From the NCBI RefSeq assembly GCF_037042905.1, contig NC_087246.1, positions 1,054,001 to 1,116,000 of the forward strand: 62,000 nt of DNA, in the 5' to 3' direction. The notes beneath the pieces are model-generated. The model made no database searches, was not told the origin of the DNA, and saw nothing but the letters and a program-made list of their open reading frames with translations. The position numbers and the translations under genes were made by a program. This stretch comes from Lytechinus pictus. Lineage: Eukaryota. This document shows positions 38,310 to 49,400 of the stretch, in pieces. Each line of letters opens with the position of its first letter. Position 1 is the stretch's first letter.

Positions 38310-39230
38310 GACATAAAACAATACATTTCGTGCACTTAATTATAAATAGGATGGGTATCTTCCTTAATAAATTATGCGAGCGCGAAGCGCGATCAAATTT
38401 TTTTTGATATTCCTAACTGGACACTAGACATTCTAAGAAGTTTTACAGGATGGGTATCTAAACAGTCGTGCGGGCGCGAGCTAAAATTTTTGATTTCGAT
38501 ATTCCTACTTAAGAACTGGATATTCTAAGCACTTTTAGTACCGGGTAACCATGAACAAATTGGTTTCTAACTGAATAATCAATTGATGCAAGCGCGAAGA
38601 GCGAACTGAAAATTTGAAATATTTCCCCTGAAAAGTGGACATTCTAAGCACTATTTTAAAACTATGAGCAAGAAGGGAGTTAAAAACAATTGATTGGTGT
38701 GAGCGCGAAGCGCGAGCTGAAAAATTTTCATATTTCGACCTGAAAAATTTAAATTATAAGTATGCTGAATTTTAAGCACTTCATTTAATTATGAAAAGGA
38801 TAGAATTTTATGCGAGTGCAAAGCTCGAGCAGAAATTTTTGATAATCCGACCTAAGAACTTGATATTCTAAGCACTTTTTGTAACCGTGAACAAATTGGT
38901 TTCTAATGATATATTTTTGATATTTTTTATTGTTTTTTATATTCTGACCTGAAAACCGGACATTCTAAGCACTTCATTTAACTATGAACAGTCATGATGG
39001 ATTTACCTAAACAGTTATATGTGAGCACGAAGCGCGAGCTGAAATTTTTGATATTCCGGCCTAAGAACTGGATATTATAAGCATTTTTTGTAACCGTGAA
39101 CAAATTGGTTTCTAACTGATCAATTGACGCGAGTGCGTTTTTCTATATTTCAACCTGAAAACTAGACATTTATCTTAGGTATCCAACTAAAAATTGATGC
39201 GAGCGCGTAGCGCGAGCGAAATTTTTATTG
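38310..39230. repeat. Degenerate tandem array (~75-85-bp units with gcgagcgcgaagcgcgagc and acattctaagcact)
   Basis: About 10 recurrences of the two motifs; probably the interior of an interspersed repeat. Confidence 0.7.
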
Positions 39231-39679
39231 TTACAATTATATTACCTAAAAGTTGTTCTCTACCTTTTTCCTGTCCCTGGTCAGCCCAGCCCGTCCTCAT
39301 TATTGGAACAGAGAGCTCGAAAGTAAAAGTCGCGTAAATATCACAATTTACCAATAAAAGTGTACAGTTTAATTACCGACAAAGATGGTGGAACTAAAAA
39401 ACCGAATCAGTTGGAACAGCCCTGTGTGCCTGACAGTTTATCATTTTTTCCGACAGTCTGCAGTGCAGATTTTGTTTTCCCCTTTCTCTTGAACTCTATC
39501 TTATTTTTCCCCTTCCCCCTTTTTTCTCTCTTTCCTTTTTCCTCTATTTCTTATTTCTTTCCCCTTTTTCGCTTTATTTTGCTTGTGACTCGTCGGGGGG
39601 GGGGGCAGTCTGCCCCCTGCCCCCCTAATCTCCTAATCTCTTGAGGGGTTGGGGGTCTTATTATAGCTTACTACGCTCA

Positions 39680-40330
39680 AAGATCATAAATTTATTTAGA
39701 AAAATAATATGATTTAGTAATTGTTCCTTCCCTATATCAAAAACCTTAACTCCAATATGAATATCTTTCCAATTAACAGTTTCAATTTGACGTAATTTAA
39801 ATAAATAACCAGTCTCTCCACAAAGTCTTTATGTATTCACAGGTGAAGAATATGTGCTCATATGTCTCTTCAAATTTACCACAAAACGAACATAGATTAT
39901 GTGTTGATAATTTAAATCGAAACAAATATTTTTTTTATATAATTAACTTTGCTCATTCTCCTGAGGACGACAAGAACACACTTGTCGAAACGTCGAGATT
40001 GGGTGGTCCTTTTCAGGACCAACATATGCCCAAGAAAGATACATGGTGTACCGTGAAACCTACTACACTATATTATTATACAAGTTCATAAAACAATTTA
40101 AATTGAAACTCCCTTAACTTGCTATTTAAGGTAGCTTTTTAGGGATCCACTTTTGACTATTTAAGGATCCACTTTTGACATCGATATAAAGCTTTGAGAG
40201 AAGAGGTGATTATGATTAAAACTATGATTAAAAGCTCTTGTTTGTTGTGATTGATCACCCCCTTTTAATGGTTGAGTTAATAAATTCAGGAAACTTTCCA
40301 GCACTTTGGGAATTCAATATGCCTAATATC
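39680..40330 (-). pseudogene. L1/Tx1-type LINE ORF2 C-terminal fragment, interrupted at ~39942-40076
   Basis: Minus-strand translation KLREFQFKLFYELVY | KKYLFRFKLSTHNLCSFCGKFEETYEHIFFTCEYIKTLWRDW (CCHC zinc-knuckle region). Confidence 0.75.
39955..40000 (+). ncRNA. Minimal type-I hammerhead-ribozyme-like motif (Penelope-type)
   Basis: tctc-CTGAGGA-c-GACAAG-aacaca-CTTGTC-GAAA-C-GTC-gaga: both core boxes, stem II, stem I, a loopless ACGT stem III and a GUC triplet. There is one extra C after CUGANGA. Confidence 0.6.
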
Positions 40331-40462
40331 ATTTTTTCAATTCAATTCAATTCAATTCATTTCCATTCAAACATAAAACAATGAAATATAAATCGGATAA
40401 AAGCAATGCTTGTAAAGTGTGTATCCCCCTTGGAAATGAAAAAAAGTGAATTGTCGACTTAA

Positions 40463-41059
40463 AGGGGAATCCAGCCTTGGCCATAAAATATTGTGTTGGG
40501 AAGGAGAAAAATAGATTAAACAGAATGGTGAAAGTTTGAAAGAAATCGGACAAACAATAAGAAAGTTATAGCTGCTTTAAAATTGAGATCACTAATAGTA
40601 TGTAGATTTCAAATTGGCAACTGGGTAAGTAAATTATGACAAGGGGCAAGGACAACTTTCCCATAGGCCATGTACTTTATTATCAGGGATTTTTGGTTTT
40701 CTCCTAAATACCCATTCCCATGGGACAGTAATCTAAATATAACCCAGGGAGTATATTGTTTTATGTCCTCATGAAAGAAAAATATAATTTGAAATAAAAC
40801 TTTGAGGAAAAATGACATTTTAGCCATTTATATGTAGTGGAGTACATGGAAGAGTAGTCCTTGCCTTACATCACTATGACATCCCATATGCGGCCAATTT
40901 GAAGTCTCCATGGGTATAGTGATTACCAATATTGACAACTTTTGAAAATTCATAACTTTCTTGTTGTTTGTCCAATATTGTTCAAACTTTCACCTATCAA
41001 CTTGTCTGAATATTCTTTTTCTTATAAAAACATTTTTTTTATTTGGGTTGGATTCCCCT
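40463..41059. mobile_element. Kolobok-like TTAA MITE (597 bp)
   Basis: TTAA|aggggaatcca(g/a)cc ... ggttggattcccct|TTAA with long imperfect inverted arms. Confidence 0.88.
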
Positions 41060-41429
41060 TTAATAATTTCTGCGTATACAGGAAAGAAAAGGGGGAATGA
41101 ACGAAAAGGCGAAAATCACAATATTGATGTAAACATATTTTAAATTACTGACCAGATGCAGGGCTAGTCACACAAAGAGGTCTCCGCTATGAATGATATA
41201 TTGCGCATTAGACAGAAGAAAAAACAGAGAGAAGAGACAAGAAATGACAAGACATAGAAGACAAGACAAAATAAGAGACAGGACAGGAAAATACAAGATA
41301 AAAAGAACACGATAAGCAAATAAGAACGAATGGAGGAAAAGTCAAAAAGTCAGATAAAAGGGAGACCCCGTATAGTGGTCCACCTGCACTCCCCCAATCA
41401 GTTATGTCGGGAAGAGAGACCTGCGGGTC

Positions 41430-42110
41430 ATAGTGATTCAATTCGCTTTTAGCCTCCCAGGCACAGGTGAAGCCAAACAAATAATAATAATAATAATAAT
41501 GATAATAATAATAATAGGGAAGGGCTGACCACAGACCAGCTTGATCTGGTGAAATAACAAAAGTTGATATAACTGGACAATAAAAAAAAACACAATAATC
41601 TTTTTTTTTAATGTAAGGATGATATAAAGATTATTATGAATTATATGAAGCAGGAGAACTTTGAGTTTACGTTTGAATGCATTTATAGAGACACTCATTA
41701 GGAAGGGAATTCCAGAATTAATGACCGTCGTATATAAATGTATTTTTGGCCAGTAAAATTCTGTTAAGTGGTATGAAATTCGTCAGAGCGTCTCGTGATG
41801 TCCCGTGGGGGTAGTTATGATAAAATTTATTTTTAGGGAACATGGCATAAAAAACATGGGAATTGTGCTTTGTTATTGTAACTGCATGCCTACATGAATT
41901 GCCCTAACTAATACAGGTCTTTGACTTTCAACAGTTAACTTTCAAGAACAAGTGGGTCCGTGCATGTGAGAACGGAAAGCAGAACTGTAAATAATACGAA
42001 GAGCTTTCTTCTGCAAAAGTAACAGTTTATCTAGAAGATAATGATGGGTTTTACCCCAAATAAGAATCACATAATCCAAGTAAAGCAAAATTAAGTATAA
42101 GTAAAGCGTG
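41430..42110 (-). mobile_element. Decayed CR1/L2-superclade LINE 3' fragment
   Basis: Minus-strand LDYVILIWGKTHHYLLDKLLLLQKKALRII...WNSLP..FKRKLK, similar to the C-terminus of the 33-36 kb LINE. Confidence 0.7.
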
Positions 42111-42989
42111 ATTAATGATGAGGAGGCCCGGTGAGGAGGGAATGCAAAATTTTAGCCTATTAATAATACTTATATTTCGCACATATAGGCATGTCATGAT
42201 AAAAATGAACTTGGTCATTGATTAATAATACAGTGAACAGAGGCCAAGTAAAGAAACTTGAAGGCTCAAATCAAATTGATTAGTATCTTAAAAAATATAT
42301 TGGATAGTGATAGCAGTCCCAACTCCGCAATCATACTGTATTTACTCCCAGAGACATTGGGTGACCCCCACAGGGGCAAACTTGTTTTCTTTACCGTTCG
42401 TCATAATATTCGATGCTCACCCCTTTGCTGTTGAGCAAGACCATGCAGAATTGGAAAAATCGCTACCTCAGAAAATATTATTCTTTTTTTATTCTAGTGG
42501 CAGGCAATCTAGCTGATTTATCGTATGGGGTGAGTTACTATCTAGCAGTGGGTGAGGCAATATGCTCCCAAAAAAATTAAGCTTTCAACAAAAAATAAAC
42601 AAACAAATGAAAAACAAAATGACAAAAAAAGAAAGAAAAAAAAAACCCCGTGGGCATATTGGTCTCTTTGCAACGGAGCAGAACTTGCAGAAGTAGTCTC
42701 TATATTGATGAGCCCATTCTTCGGGATTATTTATTTCCTTCAAAATCTTTTGGAGGAGGGAACAAAAAGTGGGAAGGGTGAAAATGAATCAGAGCATGAA
42801 AGAATACAGAATGCAAGAAGGGGGATGTATATACGTTTCTTTTCTGTTCTTTTCCTTACTCTTTTTTAAAATTGTATATGGTTCTTCCATTGCTTTCTGT
42901 TTTCCTCCTTTTTCTTTCCCCTTTTTTCTTTGTCCTTGCACTTTCCTGTGCAGATTTTAATTTCCATGCACATGCTTGATTACGTGCTT

Positions 42990-43460
42990 AGGGAATTTCC
43001 CTTATATGGGCGTGGCACTCGCCGGCCGAGGTCCAATTGTGAATTTGAACTCTCTCCCTCTCTCAGACTCTTGCCGATCCCCCGGCGATCTCGATGGTGA
43101 TCTCGAGCCGGAGAGAGTCGTATTTTGAAGGGAAAAAAAAATCTTCTCCTGGAATCTTCTGTTCACCATATAGGCGGGAATCCGCGATTTATGTTTGCAG
43201 TCCGTCAGAAGATATATCCAACAACTTCAGCCCCTTGTTTTGTGGTGTATTGTATTTGATTTAGCGGGATTCCCCCACCTTAATCAGCGGCCGTGGGCGC
43301 GGCGCCCGGCGCGGTTGGTGATATCACCAAGCCGTATACCGTACGTGTGATTCTGTGAACTTTAATAGCGCCAGTAAATGCAGCCCAGGGCAGGCCCATG
43401 CAGCTGAGCTAAAGTCAAGACAAAGAAAATAGAGGAGAGATATTTTTAGCTGATGTGAGT
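42990..43460 (+). promoter_or_regulatory. CpG/GC-rich island, candidate promoter and non-coding first exon of the FN3K-family gene
   Basis: Local CpG enrichment in AT-rich DNA, GGGCGTGG GC-box at ~43008, possible donor GTGAGT at 43455, about 1.1 kb upstream of the acceptor before the ATG. The assignment is inference. Confidence 0.4.
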
Positions 43461-44572
43461 CCTGTTCAGTTTCTAAATATTCTAATGATTTTAGGGTGCG
43501 TTCTTCCTATCTTTTGCAACCGAACTCGATATCAGAGTGACTCATGCCATGCATGCAGTCCCACATCTTGGAAAATGTGTTACTAAGACTAAGTGACTCA
43601 CTCTTTTAGCTAATTTTTAGTTTTAACTTAAAGAAATCTAACTAACTCAACAATGCATGGTACGCATTAAAAAGTGATACTTTGACCCCTGGGCCTGGCT
43701 GAGAGGTAGGCACGGAAAAATCCCTAACAAAATAAATTGTTCATTTTTAAATTGAGTGAAATTAACTTTGTTGCAGCCTTAAAGTTTAACCTACGTTCGT
43801 TGGGCCATTTATTAATATTGCACAACTGACCTAGTGAGGTCAATTCATAAACAGTATTGAGGGTAGGCCTATAGTGTGCGTTTGTGTGTACTTGGTGACT
43901 TGCAAAGTCAATGGGAATGAAAAGATATCACAGCACTGACTAATAATAGCAGTGAATTGTGACAATGATACTAATTCCCCGATTATTTTGTTCTCTGATG
44001 AATCAGATTTTTTTAGGGGCCTCAATTTTTTTTTAATGTGAAAATTAATTGTTCGATTATCTTAGTAAACCTGGGAAAGAGATGACAGTCTGTTCACATG
44101 ACTCGGAATGAGTTCGATGCACCCCCACCTAAAATAACAAGATTTTCAAGACTTCAGGTTCGTTCACTTCAGATTTCTCTATCGATTTTATCATTTCTTA
44201 CCTTAGTTGGGACTCAAACTCGCCTCATTGTAACTTGTAAGTAACTGCAGTCAAGATCTCTTCTCACTACGCTAGCGAGAAGTACTGCTGATACTGGAAG
44301 AGGTTATTGAAAGCATATAAGAAATTTTCTGTGTGTAAGTTATGACAATAACACATCGAAATTGTGCATTTGGGGGGGGGGGGTAGGTTGTCTTTTAATG
44401 CATGACTGCATCCTAAAATGCTTTCAGTATACCTGTAAAAGAATATCAACAAGTAGGCTAATATCTTCCCTTCAATTTGATACCAAAATGATGCAGTATA
44501 GATATCCAATAATGATTGCACTTTGATGTCAATTCATTTCAATATTTAATTCCTCATTATTTCTATCTCAGA

Positions 44573-44713
44573 ATGGAAAAGATACTGAAAGATGCTGTTG
44601 GGGCTACAACAATCAAATCAATGGGTAGAGCTGGAGGAGGGTGTATCAGCGATGGACAGAGCTATGACACAGACAAGGGAAAATTCTTTGTTAAAATCAA
44701 TGAACAGAGTGGG
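44573..44713 (+). CDS. FN3KRP: FN3K-family coding exon 1 ([10 protein letters not shown]...KINEQSG)
   Basis: Acceptor ctcag ends at 44571, so a non-coding exon lies upstream. ATG at 44573, 47 codons, donor GTAATT at 44714. Confidence 0.92.
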
Positions 44714-47700
44714 GTAATTTTCTTTTTAATTTTCTTTTCATTATTTACCTGTTATTGATTTATCTACCTCTCTTGCTATTCCATTAATTTCAACAAGACC
44801 ATTATCTGAGTGCATGAAACATTTAAGCATTAATGTACAAAATGAATTTGTTAATTGATTGGCTTGAATTCACAAAGGTGATTTTGAATTTTGGAACTAA
44901 AACCATGGTTTATGCAGATTTCATGCATTGACACTCAGTGTTTAATTATAAGAAATAGTGAATGCTTACTTATTCAACAGCATGCTATATTCACACCTGT
45001 TACTGATAAGCCCTCTGTTTATTTTAATTGATATAATGGATATGAATTTAGTGCACTGTGACAAGAACATGCGTTTATTTGTACTCGGGAGATTTGCTCT
45101 AAATAATAATGACAATTATTACTCTTGCTTATAAGTATTATCATCTAGTGCAATAAAATGTAACTAGGGCCTTATCTTACAATGAGTAAAGATGGATTCA
45201 AATCAAACGCAATTTGTGATTTATATCAATTTTAATAATTGAGCTAGGAATTTTAGATCAATTAAATTTGAGTTTGGTTTAAATCTATTGCAATGCTTTG
45301 GAAGATGCACAAAGTTATTTATAAAGTTTTGTGTAAAATTTGAACAGCTTTATGAAATCACATCCTGGAATAGACACCTGTGATACCTTTTTAGTCACTT
45401 GAATGAAAATGTACTATGAAGTTTGGTGTAAACTAAGATGGCCTTTTGGAATTTTCTTTGATGAAGGCAAGACAGATGTTTGATGGTGAGAAGGCAAGTC
45501 TTGATGCTATTCTAGCTACTGAGACCATCAAGGTTCCAAGACCTGGACCAGTCCTGGACCATCCTTCGGGAACTGGAGCTATATTCATCATGGAATATCT
45601 GGATCTTCAAGGTCTTGGGAAACATTCTGCGGCTCTTGGTGAGCAATTAGCCAGGTAGGATCCTGAGGCCATTTATGTGATGAAATTTTGTTCGAAAAGG
45701 AAAGTCCATTTTGTGTATCTTAGAAGGTTTCCAGTAGCAGCTACCAGTTACTACATTCATAAAGGATTTGATTGTAGCCCTACATAAGCATTGTACTTTT
45801 GCAGACCTAAATTAACCCCTGCCATGCCATTGGTGCTGTGTCATGCCATTTGTGACAATTTGTGCCTGAATGCTTGAGTGATAGAACATGCTGCTTCCAA
45901 AGGTTCTTGTTACAGATACATACATCATCATCAGCAATAGAACTAGTACCATTTTTGTTCAAGAAATAATTGTTACGTAGTCTTTAATTATTGCAAGTAT
46001 TAGATTAAGATTATTGTATATAAATGAACATCAAAGTTTACAATGAAGCAATTACATTTAATACGTGACCATACAAATACAATGCAATAATAAAAGACAA
46101 CGATGGTTTGATGACCCTGGAGAAATAGAGCAGCAGGACTTATAAAGAAGGGACCATGTAGTTGAAATACATGACAGATTATTGTAGGTGATATAGATGA
46201 CAATTTGTAAAGATCCTGGGAAGGCCTGTCAATGCATGACCGAAAAACGTGTTTAAAGGGATGTTTGTCAGTTTTGGACGCGGGCCACGCGTGCACTCAA
46301 TAAAGGGTATAAAAAACACAGATTTTCAAAAAAGGGTGGTTTTGAAAGACAGGTCAATCACAGGGTCAAACGTATTTGGGGTATGTTTTTTCTTCCAAAG
46401 CTTTTTTTTTAAAGACTATCTAAACGTGTTTAGGGTATGTTTTTTCCCAAAGCTTTTTCCTCCTCGTTTCTGAAGTGTTCTGGTTCTTCCCAATTATAAG
46501 CAATAACCCTGGGAACGGGCCTAGGAAATGGGAAAAGTGTCATGAAAGCAAGTAGACAAAACTTGTTTAGGGGCCAAAATGTGTAAATGAAGCCCGCCAA
46601 AAACTTGTTTGGGGGTTATTTTGCACACAGAGAAAAACTTGTTTCAGGTTTTTTTAAATAAGTTTGTCACGTATGTGTACAGCAATACATTTGACTACCC
46701 TCCCCCCCCCCCCCCCAGATAAAGATATGTCCACTAACCACACTAAATACAATATAACAACGGAAAAAAGAAGTATATTTTGGCAATTTCTAATGAAGGG
46801 TCTAAATAAAGGGTTATCCTAATGTGCTAATCATTTTTACTTTAAAGAAAATTAGGTCCTCTGATTACATTTTGCGTATTTTGTTCTTTCAACCACCACA
46901 TTGCAGACACCAACATCACAATGTTCATGTATGCCATTTCATACAGATTGCATCTACACAACATTGAACTGGGTAAGAGAGCCAGGAAAGTTGAAGGTCG
47001 GATAGGAGCACATACATCAGAAGGTTTCATCAATCAGTATGGTTTTCAAACTCCCACCTGCTGTGGTTATCTACCTCTTGATAATACATGGAGTGATGAC
47101 TGGGTGGTAAGTGAGGGTCAAAGGTCATGAGGGTCAAAAGTCATGGGGTAAGGGGGTCAAGGGTGTGTGAAGATGAAAGGGCTGATTCTCAAATGAGAAG
47201 AGCTCTGTGAGCACACACAGTGCTCCTGAAGTTGGAGAATGTTAATTCTATATTAAATTTTTGTTGAAAGTGGTTACATTCTTACAGATATGCAAAACTT
47301 CAGATAAGGTTCTCTTTTTTTGTATAAACTGTTACCAGATGACACACCGTAGTAGTTTGTAACTTCCATAGTGAAGAGTGTAGTGGTTTCACGGTACACT
47401 CAACAGGACCAATATATGCCCATGAAAAATAATACATGGTGTGCCATGAAACCACTACACTTGTGGTAGTTTGTGTCTGTATTCATGAATGAGATCCTAT
47501 ACAATATTCCACTACAGAGCTTTTATACCCAGCAACGCCTCAAGATGCAGATTGACATGTTAGAGAAGAAGAGCAGTGACAAGGAATTGAGAGAGATGTG
47601 GCCTCTCCTTGAGAAAAGAATACCAAAGTTATTTGAAGGATCAGAGATCACTCCGTCTCTACTGCATGGTGATCTATGGGGTGGTAATGCAGGCCAGCTA

Positions 47701-49332
47701 GAATCATGTCCAGGTAATGTCAATATTCCAAATTGTTGCTAGAAAATACAAATTAATATAATTACCCTACACAAACCATATATAAACTTCATCCTTATTT
47801 TACTCTTTTCCTAGCTGAAATCCAACACAAACCTGATTGAAATGTGACCTTAATGTACCGCTTAAATTTTGGTAAATCCTTCTAATTGTCTGTCACTGCT
47901 CCAATATATTACTTCATTATACAAACATATTTGTTTTAAAACAGTTATGATGTGGAATGTATGAAAAAGAAATATGTTTTGTTGGGTTTATTTTATAATT
48001 TTACAAGAATATTTTATTTTGATTGGGTGCCGGAATGCCCAATTCAAATAGAAATATCTGCATATTTTTTCCCCCTATTTGATATAAACCCATTTGTTTG
48101 TATGGAATGGGCTGAAATTTTCAAAATTGGATCTTTACATTTTCTGATATCTAGTAATTTCAAATTCTGTATGATCTGTAAGATATTTGTTCAAAGGGTT
48201 ATTACTTAAAGAAAATGAAAGCAGAATCAATTAAGATATTTAATAGATATTCAATATTCCAAATTGAAATTTCACAGAGAATCAAGTGATGAAAAATATT
48301 CATCTTTCAGTACACTTGTGTAAGATTGTAATGCTAGATGATATTCAAGTATAATTCTTGATATACTAAAAAGCTATCGACTGGCTTTAACCTTCTATGA
48401 ATTTTTATATTAATTAAATGCTTGTTTACAATTGTTGCATTATCTTACTTATTTTATTTTTTCTTGAATTGTTTTCAGTGGTTTATGACCCAGCTAGTTT
48501 CTATGGCCACCATGAGTTTGACTTGTCTATAGGAGCTATGTTTCACTCTTTCAGTCAAGCCTTTCATAAAGCCTACCACAAACTCATCCCTAAGGCTACT
48601 GGCTTTGAAGGGAGAGAGAAACTCTATCTGCTCTTCCATCATCTAAACCACTGGTAAGTCACATGATGATAAAGAATAGAAAAGATGATGATGATTGTGA
48701 TGATTAAGATGGTGATGATATCGCTGAAGGCAATGATGATGATGGTGATAATGATGGTAATGATGATGATGATGATGATGGTGGTTTTTGTGATAATGGT
48801 GATGATGGTGATGATGATAACAACAATGATGTTGTGATTTTGATGATGATGATCATAATAGTAGTAATGGTAACGATGATGATGATGATGATGATGGTGG
48901 TGAAGATGATGATGATGATGATGAAGAAGATGAGAAATAAGAGCAGGACCAAAGGCTCAGAAGTATATATTACTGGCAATTGCTCTCATGAATATGATAT
49001 TTCTGTAGCCTTGTGAATATAAATTGTCTTATAAATTTCTGGCCAGACTGTAAATATGAACATCTGAGTAGCATTTCATCAAGCATCATGTTGAATATGC
49101 TCAACCAATCAGATTCAAGGATTTTAGTAGCTTACAACAGTTATTAATGGAATTTAAATGATTTTACCTCATGCATTCATTTCTGTACATTCCTACATCT
49201 GTTTTGAGGAATATATGTATTTCATTCAATTTCATTCATTTCAATTTCTGTCTGTCCATCTTAAGGAATCATTTTGGATCAAGCTACAGAGGTTCTTCAT
49301 TATCTATCATGAGGGGTCTTGTAAAAGATTGA
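44573..49332 (+). CDS. FN3KRP: Ketosamine-3-kinase / fructosamine-3-kinase family protein, 6 coding exons: join(44573-44713,45467-45654,46947-47106,47518-47713,48479-48653,49266-49332), 308 aa
   Basis: Exons assembled by hand; all introns are GT..AG with consistent phases (0,2,0,1,2). FN3K-family motifs: GGGCIS P-loop (Cys24), [55 protein letters not shown]3KRP versus FN3K orthology cannot be resolved by eye. Confidence 0.93.
45467..45654 (+). CDS. FN3KRP: FN3K-family coding exon 2 (ARQMFDGE...LGEQLA)
   Basis: Acceptor aag ends at 45466; donor GTAGGA at 45655; 188 nt. Confidence 0.92.
46215..46718. mobile_element. Intronic MITE (CC..GG termini, related in style to 31786-32352) between FN3K-family coding exons 2 and 3
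   Basis: Near-exact 8-bp TSD gtaaagat / ataaagat; repeated tgtttagggg/acgtgttt motifs; degenerate TIR. Confidence 0.6.
46947..47106 (+). CDS. FN3KRP: FN3K-family coding exon 3 (LHLHN...WSDDWV)
   Basis: Acceptor tacag ends at 46946; donor GTAAGT at 47107; 160 nt. Confidence 0.93.
47518..47713 (+). CDS. FN3KRP: FN3K-family coding exon 4 (SFYTQQRL...[10 protein letters not shown]...CP)
   Basis: Acceptor tacag ends at 47517; catalytic-loop HGDLW motif; donor GTAATG at 47714; 196 nt. Confidence 0.94.
48479..48653 (+). CDS. FN3KRP: FN3K-family coding exon 5 ([15 protein letters not shown]...HHLNH)
   Basis: Polypyrimidine tract and ttcag acceptor ending at 48478; donor GTAAGT at 48654; 175 nt. 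Confidence 0.94.
48664..48932. repeat. Imperfect (GAT)n microsatellite in the last FN3K-family intron
   Basis: Direct reading. Confidence 0.9.
49266..49332 (+). CDS. FN3KRP: FN3K-family terminal coding exon ((W)[21 protein letters not shown])
   Basis: Acceptor taag ends at 49265 and completes the conserved LNHWNHFG; TGA at 49330-49332. Confidence 0.9.
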
Positions 49333-49400
49333 TCAAACCATGTACAGAGGTGCTTCATTATCTATCATGAGGGATCTCCTAAAAGATTGATCAAACCATG
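49285..49400 (+). repeat. 58-bp tandem duplication spanning the FN3K-family stop codon
   Basis: 49285-49342 and 49343-49400 differ at 4 of 58 positions. Confidence 0.92.

Noticed and set aside
48704..49016. Poly-Ile/Met/Ser ORFs
   Set aside because: Translations of the intronic (GAT)n microsatellite.
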